Source of the DNA: Bacteroidales bacterium | Lineage (GTDB): Bacteria; Bacteroidota; Bacteroidia; Bacteroidales; FEN-979 | NCBI GenBank assembly: GCA_035403225.1 | Contig: DAONET010000009.1 | Span: 5,962-69,961, forward strand | DNA length: 64,000 nt | Direction: 5' to 3' | Part shown: positions 1 through 8,159 of the stretch, piece by piece | Layout of the letters: each line of letters starts with the position of its first letter | Position numbering within the stretch: the first letter of the stretch is position 1 | Program-made: the position numbers and the translations under genes | Notes under the pieces: model-generated | Seen by the model: the letters and a program-made list of their open reading frames with translations, nothing else | Database searches by the model: none | Told to the model about the DNA's origin: nothing

Positions 1-1
1 A

Positions 2-1264
2 TTTCCTCCACACATCACCGGAGGATTGGGGACTGCTTGTTTTGGTCTCACGAAGGGCTTGGTTAAGCTCGACGCATCCGTTATTTTTGTTGTTCCGAAG
101 GCATATGGTGATGAAGTGAAAGAAGGATTCCGTCTGGTGAATGCGAGCGATGTCACGGTAGATCTGACAGAGACGGAGCAGGCGGAATTCTGGAACCGGA
201 TTCAGTACATTGAAGCAGGATCGAACCTGATCCCTTACGTTGGTCCGGAAGAATTTGAAAGAATAATCACGGAAGAGGAGAAGGAAGTCATTGACAGCCG
301 GAAACAGCATTTCAGCAGACAGTTTACCTTTTCCGGAAAGTACGGAAAGAATCTCATGGAAGAGGTTGCGCAGTATGCGCTGGTTGCCTCATCCATTGCC
401 GCCTCCACGAAGTTTGATGTCATCCATGCGCATGACTGGCTGACATATCCTGCAGGCATATCGGCAAAAAACATCAGCGGAAAACCGTTGGTAGTGCATG
501 TTCATGCGACAGAGTTCGATCGTTCGGGCGAGAATGTCAATCAACTCGTATACGATATCGAGCGGTACGGAATGGAAGCTGCCGACCTGGTGATCACCGT
601 GAGTAATCTGACCCGGCAGATAGTGATCGATAAGTATGGGATTCCGGAGGACAAAGTCTTTACTGTCCATAACGCAGTGGAACCTGTTAACCGCCCTGAA
701 TTGGAAGGTGTTCAAAAATATGTTAAAGAGAAGATTGTTACATTTCTCGGACGTGTTACCTATCAGAAAGGGCCGGATTATTTTGTAGAAGCGGCGTACA
801 AGGTATTGCAGAAAGATCCGGATGTCAGGTTTGTCATGGCAGGCTCGGGTGATTTGTTGAACCGCATGGTACGTCGTGTAGCCCGTTTGAAGATGGGTAC
901 CCGTTTTCATTTCACGGGGTTTCTGAGCGGATCTGATGTTGACAGGATGTTTGCCATGAGTGATGTTTACGTGATGCCTTCTGTGTCGGAACCGTTCGGT
1001 ATCTCTCCGTTGGAAGCGATGCGTTCCAATGTCCCGGTCGTTATTTCAAAACAATCAGGTGTGGCTGAAGTGCTGCGTCATGCGGTAAAAGTGGACTTCT
1101 GGGATATCGATGCTATGGCCGATGCAATATACGGAATCCTTAAATATGAAGGCCTCCGGAAAATGTTTGTGAGCTATGGAAAATCAGAGGTAGATAACCT
1201 TAAATGGGACAAAGCGGCTGCCAAGATCATGGATCTCTATCATCAAGCGGTTAATAAGATGTAA
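2..1264 (+). CDS. GT-B glycosyltransferase (GT4-type) in the glycogen cluster, 5'-truncated by the window edge
   Basis: The reading frame is open to the window start (FPPHITGGLGTAC...). It has an N-terminal GGLG motif and a C-terminal SEPFGISPLEAM motif typical of retaining GT-B transferases. It sits next to the GH57 and glycogen synthase/phosphorylase genes. Confidence 0.75.
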   Translation, partial: FPPHITGGLGTACFGLTKGLVKLDASVIFVVPKAYGDEVKEGFRLVNASDVTVDLTETEQAEFWNRIQYIEAGSNLIPYVGPEEFERIITEEEKEVIDSRKQHFSRQFTFSGKYGKNLMEEVAQYALVASSIAASTKFDVIHAHDWLTYPAGISAKNISGKPLVVHVHATEFDRSGENVNQLVYDIERYGMEAADLVITVSNLTRQIVIDKYGIPEDKVFTVHNAVEPVNRPELEGVQKYVKEKIVTFLGRVTYQKGPDYFVEAAYKVLQKDPDVRFVMAGSGDLLNRMVRRVARLKMGTRFHFTGFLSGSDVDRMFAMSDVYVMPSVSEPFGISPLEAMRSNVPVVISKQSGVAEVLRHAVKVDFWDIDAMADAIYGILKYEGLRKMFVSYGKSEVDNLKWDKAAAKIMDLYHQAVNKM

Positions 1265-1352
1265 ATAAGTTATTTGTTTAGGACGTAAAAAAACTGAAAT
1301 CCTAATATATATTTACATCGGATTCTGTGAACCGGTAATGTAATAGATCGTG

Positions 1353-3017
1353 ATGAAGTCAATCTGTCTTATTTTTCAGATACACCAGCCATACCGGCTG
1401 CGAACCTTCAGATTCTTTAATATTGGCGAGGACCATCAATATTATGATGATTTCCAGAACCGTCATATTATCCGGAAGATTGCAGAACGAAGTTACATTC
1501 CCGCAACAAACATGCTGCTTTCCCTGATACGTGAATACGGGAAAGCATTCAAGGTAAGTTTTTCCATTTCGGGTCCCGCGCTGGAGCAGCTCTCACAGCA
1601 TGCTCCCGATGTGATCAGGGGATTCAGGGAACTGGCTGCCACCGGTTGTGTTGAATTCCTGGCTGAGCCCTGGTCTCATTCTCTCGCTTCCCTGAAAAGC
1701 AAAGAGGAGTTCACCCGCCAGGTGATCAAGCATCGGGATTACATTGCTAACCAGTTCGGACAAACTCCGAAAACCTTCGCGAACACTGAACTTATATATT
1801 CAGACAATATAGGTAAAGATGTATATGAAATGGGCTTCACCACGTTGCTGACAGAAGGGGCAAGGCATGTTCTCGGATGGAAGAGTCCGAACTTTGTTTA
1901 TTGCAACAGCATCAATCCGAAATTGAAAGTGCTGCTCCGCAACTTTCGTCTCAGCGACGACCTCAGTTTCCGTTTCTCTAATAAAACCTGGACAGAATGG
2001 CCACTGACAGCCGACAAATATGTCAATTGGTTGAATGAGTTGAATTCGGACGAAGAGGTGGTGAATATCGTAATGAATTACGAAACCATCGGTGAACAAC
2101 ATGCTGCCGAAACAGGTATCTTTGATTTCTTTCGCCATCTTCCTGAAGCAGTTTTTGCACGCTCTGACTTTGGATTTTCTACTCCGTCGGAAGCAGTAAA
2201 AAAATATCAGACGGTGGCGGCCCTCACTGTCCCGCACCCGATATCATCCGCTGATGAAGAAAAAGATATTACCGCCTGGTTAGGAAATGAGCTTCAGGAT
2301 GAAGCTTTTGGTAAGGTCTATGAACCGGAATCACGTGTGCTGGAAAGCGGGGATGAAACGCTGCTTCGTGATTGGGAAAGGTTGCAGACAAGCGATCATT
2401 TTTATTACATGTGTACGAAGTGGTTTACTGACGGATCATTACACAAGTACCTGAATCCGTACGCTTCGCCGTATGAGGCATTCATCAACTACATGAATGT
2501 CTTGTCCGACTTCATGATCCGTGTGGATAATTCCGTGTCACTGCCAGATCATTCTGAAATGTTGACAGAACAACTATCATCATCATATATTAATCCCCAA
2601 AGCAAATCTGACACAATTATTCACAAAAAACCAAAAACAATGGCAAAAACAATTGCAACGAAAGCAAAACCTGCAGCCAAAAAGCCTGCTGCAAAGAAAC
2701 CTGTAGCGAAGAAAGTCGCTGCAAAGAAACCTGTAGCAAAAACAGCAACTCCTGCAAAAAAAGCAACCCCGGTGAAGAAAGCAACTCCGGCTAAGAAAGC
2801 AGCTCCCGCTAAAAAAGCGACGCCTGCTAAAAAAGTTGTTGCTAAAGTAGCTGCTAAAAAACCGGTTGCAAAGAAAGCTCCCGTAGCGAAAGCTGCTCCG
2901 AAGAAAGTAGTGAAATCGGCCGTGAAAACAGCCGTGAAAGCTGCTCCGAAGAAGGCTGCTCCCGCTAAAAAAGTTGCGGCAAAAAAGCCGGCTGTCAAAA
3001 AAGTTGTGAAGAAGTAG
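1353..3017 (+). CDS. Glycoside hydrolase family 57 protein with a C-terminal Lys/Ala/Pro-rich histone-H1-like tail
   Basis: GH57 conserved regions are recognisable: IHQPYR, GCVEFLAEPW, NTELIY, MNYETIGEQH. The last ~125 residues are degenerate PAAKK/PVAKK/ATPAKK repeats. The ATG at 1353 directly follows an alternative GTG at 1350. Confidence 0.8.
   Translation: MKSICLIFQIHQPYRLRTFRFFNIGEDHQYYDDFQNRHIIRKIAERSYIPATNMLLSLIREYGKAFKVSFSISGPALEQLSQHAPDVIRGFRELAATGCVEFLAEPWSHSLASLKSKEEFTRQVIKHRDYIANQFGQTPKTFANTELIYSDNIGKDVYEMGFTTLLTEGARHVLGWKSPNFVYCNSINPKLKVLLRNFRLSDDLSFRFSNKTWTEWPLTADKYVNWLNELNSDEEVVNIVMNYETIGEQHAAETGIFDFFRHLPEAVFARSDFGFSTPSEAVKKYQTVAALTVPHPISSADEEKDITAWLGNELQDEAFGKVYEPESRVLESGDETLLRDWERLQTSDHFYYMCTKWFTDGSLHKYLNPYASPYEAFINYMNVLSDFMIRVDNSVSLPDHSEMLTEQLSSSYINPQSKSDTIIHKKPKTMAKTIATKAKPAAKKPAAKKPVAKKVAAKKPVAKTATPAKKATPVKKATPAKKAAPAKKATPAKKVVAKVAAKKPVAKKAPVAKAAPKKVVKSAVKTAVKAAPKKAAPAKKVAAKKPAVKKVVKK
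2650..3014 (+). repeat. Coding low-complexity repeat (degenerate 15-18 bp units encoding xAKKx pentapeptides and hexapeptides)
   Basis: Direct reading shows repeated gc(n)aagaaa / cctgc(n)aaaaaagc units. The mirror antisense ORF 2621..2998 is an artefact of this composition. Confidence 0.85.
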
Positions 3018-3039
3018 CTGAAATTTTATCGCTATTCAA

Positions 3040-6000
3040 ATGACAGATTTTGAAATATCATTGAATGCCCCCGACTACCTGTTTGAAACAAGTTGGGAAG
3101 TTTGTAATAAGGTCGGGGGTATTTATACTGTTATCTCAACAAAAGCATTGACACTCGTCAATACTTTTCATGATAACTATATTCTGATAGGGCCGGAAGT
3201 CTGGAAAGAGGAGGGCACCAATCCCGATTTTACCGAAGACAAACTTCTCTTCCGGTCATGGCGGGAAAAAGCAGAATCGGAGGGGCTTCGTCTCCGCATC
3301 GGCCGATGGAATATCCCCGGTGACCCTGTGACGATACTGGTCGATTTCACTCCGTTCTTCCCGGTAAAAGACGCCATCCTCACCAAACTCTGGGAAACAT
3401 ATAAACTCGACTCTATCAGCGGTGGATGGGATTACCTCGAACCGGCCCTCTTCGGATATGTGGCAGGGAAAGTGATCGAAAGCTTTTATGAATTTAATCT
3501 CTCGGGACTCGATCGTATCGTGGCTCAGTTCCACGAATGGATGACCGGTACCGGGATTCTGTACCTGAAAGAACATGTCCCGCAGGCCGGAACGATCTTC
3601 ACGACCCATGCTACCGTGCTGGGAAGATGTATCGCCGGTAACGGATTGCCATTATACAAAGATATTGCTCAATACAACGGAGAAGTCATGGCCCGACAGT
3701 TTGGCGTGGTCTCCAAATATTCCCTCGAACGACTTTCAGCACAGGAAAGTGATTGCTTTACTACCGTCAGCCGGATCACCGATCAGGAATGCGCACAATT
3801 TCTGGGCAAACCGGTTGATGTGATCACCCCGAACGGGTTTGAAGATTCGTTCATCCCTGACAGCGAAGAACTGGAAAACATCCGACAGGACGCCCGGGCC
3901 CAAATCCTTCAGGTGACCCGCGCTCTGCTCAATCAAAATATTCCCAACGACGCCATATTACTGATCAACAGCGGAAGGTATGAGTTTCATAACAAAGGCA
4001 TCGACCTCTTCATCGATGCCATGGGTCAGCTGAACCAGCATAAAAACCTGCGACATCCGGTCGTCGCTTTTCTTACCATCCCTGCCAACCAAACCGGCCC
4101 CCGCAAAGAATTGCTCGACCGTTTGAAAACTACTGATTTTGCTCACCCCATCGTCGGCGAGTATCTTACCCATGGTATGCACGAACCGGAAAACGATGCA
4201 ATCCTTCGCCGTATCAGCGGAAATAACTTGCATAACAGTCCGCTGGATAACGTCAAGATTGTCTTTGTCCCGGCTTACCTCAACGGCAACGATGGCATTT
4301 TCAACACTACCTATTATAATCTGCTGGCCGGCTTTGATGCATCTGTGTTCCCCTCTTATTATGAACCCTGGGGGTATACCCCGCTGGAAAGTCTGGCTTT
4401 TCATGTCCCCGCTATTACCACTTCTCTCGCCGGCTTCGGAGTGTGGATCGAGGAAAGAGCCTTGCAGATAAGGGGATCGGCCATGGTCATCAAACGTTCC
4501 GACGATAACGATGCACAGGTGGTGAAAGAGATCGTGGCAGCCATCGCACGGTTTACCATCCTGACACCGGATCAACGGGCCACCGGACGTCTCCGCGCTA
4601 ACGAGATCAGCAAATCGGCACTCTGGAAAAACCTGGGAAAACATTACTTCGAAGCATTCTCCATCGCCATCAACCAGACTCAGGAACGAGCCCATTTCTA
4701 TTTTGGAAAACAACCCAAAGGACAAGAAGTCTTAGGACTGAAGAAATTCGATATCAAACCCAAATGGAAAAAAGTCCTGGTCCAGCAACGCATTCCCGAG
4801 AACCTGCAAGGTCTGGAACGGTTGACCAAAAACCTTTGGTGGAGCTGGCATTATGAAGGGATCGAACTCTTTGAGATGATCAACCACGACCGTTGGTATG
4901 AGTTGAAGTTCAATCCGATCGCACTACTCGAATCCCTTACCATCCGTGAGCTGAGAGAATTGAGCTCCAACGAAGCATTTATAGCGAAACTCAATACTGT
5001 CGTAGGAAAGTTCGATGCCTATATGGCCAAAGCAGCGGAAAAACCCGCTGACATGGTCGCCTATTTCAGTATGGAATTCGGACTACACAGCAGCCTCAAG
5101 ATATACTCTGGCGGGTTGGGCCTTCTGGCAGGCGATTATCTGAAGGAAGCCAGCGACTCAAATTATAACATGATCGGTATCGGACTGTTGTATCGCTATG
5201 GATATTTTCAGCAGGAACTGTCCGTTCATGGAGATCAGGTTGCTACCTATTCGCCACAGAAATTTACGCATCTGCCACTGCTCCCGGTACGCGATACGGA
5301 TGGAAACTGGATGCGGGTAGCTTTTACTTTCCCCGGCCGGACTATGTATGCCAAGATATGGAAGGTAGATGTGGGACGCATCCCTTTATATCTCCTTGAT
5401 ACCGATTTTGCCGAGAATATTGAATCTGACCGGACGATCACAAACCAACTCTACGGCGGCGATTGGGAAAACCGGATGAAGCAGGAACTCCTCCTGGGAA
5501 TCGGGGGAATCCGGATGATCAATCAGCTTGGATTGAAGCCAACCCTGTATCATTGCAATGAAGGGCATGCTGCTTTTATCGGGCTGGAAAGATTGAAAAA
5601 CCTGATACAGAAGAAACATCTTACTTTCATTCAGGCGGTGGAAGTGGTGAGAGCATCCACTCTTTTCACTACTCATACCCCTGTCCCTGCAGGTCACGAT
5701 ACCTTCACCGAAGACCTGATGCGACGTTTCCTTTCTCATATTCCGGATTATCTTGAGATTTCATGGGATCAGTTCATGAATCTGGGACGAATGGTGGAAA
5801 ATGACCCGAATGAAAAGTTTTCCATGAGCGTCTTTGCGGCAAAGCTTTCCCAGGAGGTCAATGGAGTCAGTCGCATTCACGGCAGAGTTACCCGCGAAAT
5901 GTTCGACAAAATGTACCCCGGTTATTTTCCGGAAGAGTTGCCCATCGGTTATGTGACCAATGGCGTTCATCTTCCTACATGGACTGCCAGAAGCTGGCAG

Positions 6001-7293
6001 CAGTTGTATGAGAAAACATTCGGAGAGGGATTCATCGCCGACCAATCCAACGCAGACTGCTGGAAAAAGATACATGAAGTGGATGATGCCCTGGTGTGGA
6101 ATATTCACCTGAAACAAAAAAATCAACTGTGGGAGTACATCATCGACCGTGCAATCAAGGATACCACACGCAGGCATGAAAATCCCAAACCGATCTTCAC
6201 CATACGCGATGAATCCAATCCTGCAGCGCTGACCATCGGTTTCGCCCGGCGCTTTGCCACCTACAAAAGAGGAGACCTGTTGTTCACCAATCTCGATCGT
6301 CTATCGGACATTGTCAACAACCGGAAGAAGCCCGTACGTTTCCTGTTTGCCGGGAAAGCACATCCTGACGACACAGCAGGACAGGATCTGATCCGGAAGA
6401 TTTTTACTGTTTCCCGCATGCCACAGTTCCTGGGGAAAATCATCTTTGTTGAAAACTACGATATTGAGTTGGCCAAATACCTGGTGAGAGGGGTTGACAT
6501 CTGGTTGAACACACCGACACGCCCACTCGAAGCATCCGGGACCAGTGGGGAAAAAGCAGCCTTAAACGGTGTCCTCAACTTCAGTGTGCTCGACGGATGG
6601 TGGGCCGAAGGTTACAAACCCGGAGCCGGCTGGGCGCTCATGGAAGAGAGTATTTACGATAACGCGCAATTTCAGGATGAACTTGATGCCGAAACGATCT
6701 ATTCCCTTCTCGAAGATGAAATTGTCCCGCTCTATTATGATGTCAACTCGAAGAAGATACCGGTAAAATGGGTCTCGTACATGAAAAACAGCATCGCTGA
6801 TATCGCTCCGCATTTTACCATGAAACGTCAACTCGACGATTATATCCGGCTGTATTATAACCGGATGATCGAACGTTCCTTGAGGTTAAAAGCCGATAAT
6901 TACCAGATCGCCTGCGATATTGCTGCCTGGAAGCGAAAGATTCTGAAAGGATGGGACCAGATTGAAGTCATTAAGATAAAAACACCCGATTCCTCGAGAC
7001 GACCGCTTGACCTGGGAGAACCATTTAAGGCCGAAGTGGTGTTGAATACCTATGAAATCCCACCGGAGGAAATCGGTATCGAAGTTATTTTCGGAAAGAA
7101 GATCAACGATGTGGTCAGACATCCTGAAATGATCTTCGAAATGAAGATTGCCAAAACCGGGAAAAGAGGGGCTTTGTATGCATGCGAGATTGAAATCGAC
7201 CGGGCAGGTGTGTATGACTTTGTTTTCAGGGTTTTCCCGAAAAATTCGTTATTGCCTCACCGTCAGGACTTCCCCTTGGTGAAGTGGATATAG
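3040..7293 (+). CDS. Fusion protein: N-terminal GT3 (eukaryote-like) glycogen synthase plus C-terminal GT35 alpha-glucan phosphorylase (DUF3417-type N-domain)
   Basis: The N-terminus FETSWEVCNKVGGIYTVISTKA is the hallmark start of GT3 glycogen synthases. From about residue 575 the phosphorylase part shows NLWWSWHYEGIELF, YFSMEFGLH..GGLGLLAGDYLKEASD and the PLP-lysine region EASGTSGEKAALNG. It is a single uninterrupted 1417-codon ORF. Confidence 0.85.
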   Translation: MTDFEISLNAPDYLFETSWEVCNKVGGIYTVISTKALTLVNTFHDNYILIGPEVWKEEGTNPDFTEDKLLFRSWREKAESEGLRLRIGRWNIPGDPVTILVDFTPFFPVKDAILTKLWETYKLDSISGGWDYLEPALFGYVAGKVIESFYEFNLSGLDRIVAQFHEWMTGTGILYLKEHVPQAGTIFTTHATVLGRCIAGNGLPLYKDIAQYNGEVMARQFGVVSKYSLERLSAQESDCFTTVSRITDQECAQFLGKPVDVITPNGFEDSFIPDSEELENIRQDARAQILQVTRALLNQNIPNDAILLINSGRYEFHNKGIDLFIDAMGQLNQHKNLRHPVVAFLTIPANQTGPRKELLDRLKTTDFAHPIVGEYLTHGMHEPENDAILRRISGNNLHNSPLDNVKIVFVPAYLNGNDGIFNTTYYNLLAGFDASVFPSYYEPWGYTPLESLAFHVPAITTSLAGFGVWIEERALQIRGSAMVIKRSDDNDAQVVKEIVAAIARFTILTPDQRATGRLRANEISKSALWKNLGKHYFEAFSIAINQTQERAHFYFGKQPKGQEVLGLKKFDIKPKWKKVLVQQRIPENLQGLERLTKNLWWSWHYEGIELFEMINHDRWYELKFNPIALLESLTIRELRELSSNEAFIAKLNTVVGKFDAYMAKAAEKPADMVAYFSMEFGLHSSLKIYSGGLGLLAGDYLKEASDSNYNMIGIGLLYRYGYFQQELSVHGDQVATYSPQKFTHLPLLPVRDTDGNWMRVAFTFPGRTMYAKIWKVDVGRIPLYLLDTDFAENIESDRTITNQLYGGDWENRMKQELLLGIGGIRMINQLGLKPTLYHCNEGHAAFIGLERLKNLIQKKHLTFIQAVEVVRASTLFTTHTPVPAGHDTFTEDLMRRFLSHIPDYLEISWDQFMNLGRMVENDPNEKFSMSVFAAKLSQEVNGVSRIHGRVTREMFDKMYPGYFPEELPIGYVTNGVHLPTWTARSWQQLYEKTFGEGFIADQSNADCWKKIHEVDDALVWNIHLKQKNQLWEYIIDRAIKDTTRRHENPKPIFTIRDESNPAALTIGFARRFATYKRGDLLFTNLDRLSDIVNNRKKPVRFLFAGKAHPDDTAGQDLIRKIFTVSRMPQFLGKIIFVENYDIELAKYLVRGVDIWLNTPTRPLEASGTSGEKAALNGVLNFSVLDGWWAEGYKPGAGWALMEESIYDNAQFQDELDAETIYSLLEDEIVPLYYDVNSKKIPVKWVSYMKNSIADIAPHFTMKRQLDDYIRLYYNRMIERSLRLKADNYQIACDIAAWKRKILKGWDQIEVIKIKTPDSSRRPLDLGEPFKAEVVLNTYEIPPEEIGIEVIFGKKINDVVRHPEMIFEMKIAKTGKRGALYACEIEIDRAGVYDFVFRVFPKNSLLPHRQDFPLVKWI

Positions 7294-7327
7294 GACATAA
7301 GTCCTGTTATAGAAGGGTAAACAGGAG

Positions 7328-7361
7328 AGACCCCGGTGAGCCGAATTCGCCGGGGTCTTTT
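7328..7361 (+). terminator. Rho-independent terminator after the glycogen cluster
   Basis: A 9-bp GC-rich stem (agaccccgg / ccggggtct) with a 13-nt loop is followed by a TTTT tract, 35 nt after the stop codon. Confidence 0.7.
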
Positions 7362-7373
7362 ATAAAAATCTTG

Positions 7374-7381
7374 TAAATTTG
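7374..7381 (+). promoter_or_regulatory. Candidate Bacteroidota -7 promoter box (TAnnTTTG) for fabG
   Basis: TAAATTTG lies 19 nt upstream of the fabG ATG. Confidence 0.45.
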
Positions 7382-7400
7382 CGCATCAAATATAATCGAC

Positions 7401-8147
7401 ATGAAATTACTTGAAGGTAAAACTGCGCTGATCACCGGCGCAAATCGTGGTATTGGAAGGGCTATCGCTTTGAAGTTTGCTTCGGAAGGAGCCCATGTTG
7501 CATTCTCGGATATTGTTTATAACGAGAATTCCACCAGCCTCGAAAATGAAGCAAAAGCGATGGGTGTCAATTGTAAAGGCTACGTGGCTGATGCATCCTC
7601 TTTGACAGCCAGCGAAGAATTGGTGAATAATGTCTTGACTGATTTTCAGAAAATCGATATTCTGGTAAACAATGCAGGCATTACCCGTGACAACCTGTTG
7701 ATGCGTATTACGGAAGCAGATTGGGATCTGGTCATCAAGGTGAACCTCAAGTCGGTATTCAACATGACCAAAGCGGTTCAACGGATCATGATCAAGCAGC
7801 GTTCCGGCGTCATCCTTAATATGAGTTCAGTGGTAGGACAGGATGGAAACGCAGGGCAGGCAAATTATTCTGCCTCCAAGGCCGGTATTATCGGCTTTAC
7901 CAAATCCATTGCCAAAGAACTGGGATCACGTAACATTCGTTGCAACGCTATCGCTCCCGGTTTTATCGAAACGGAAATGACGGCCAAGCTGCCCGAAGAA
8001 CACCGCAAGGGATGGATTGATAAGATCCCCTTACGCCGTGGCGGAACAGCCGATGATGTAGCAAACGTAACTCTCTTCCTGGCCTCTGATCTGGCTTCGT
8101 ACATGTCAGGACAAGTACTGAGTGTTTGCGGCGGAATGCATTCTTAA
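7401..8147 (+). CDS. fabG: 3-oxoacyl-ACP reductase (SDR family)
   Basis: The motifs are the TGANRGIGRA cofactor motif, NNAGI, and the catalytic YSASKAG (Y-x3-K). The 248-aa length is typical of FabG. Confidence 0.85.
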   Translation: MKLLEGKTALITGANRGIGRAIALKFASEGAHVAFSDIVYNENSTSLENEAKAMGVNCKGYVADASSLTASEELVNNVLTDFQKIDILVNNAGITRDNLLMRITEADWDLVIKVNLKSVFNMTKAVQRIMIKQRSGVILNMSSVVGQDGNAGQANYSASKAGIIGFTKSIAKELGSRNIRCNAIAPGFIETEMTAKLPEEHRKGWIDKIPLRRGGTADDVANVTLFLASDLASYMSGQVLSVCGGMHS

Positions 8148-8159
8148 TTTATATTTCTT

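Noticed and set aside
2621-2998. A 125-aa Ala/Gly/Phe-rich ORF antisense to the GH57 tail.
   Set aside because: It is the mirror image of the AAG/GCN-rich Lys/Ala repeat. The reverse complement of such a repeat is automatically open and Phe/Ala/Gly-rich.
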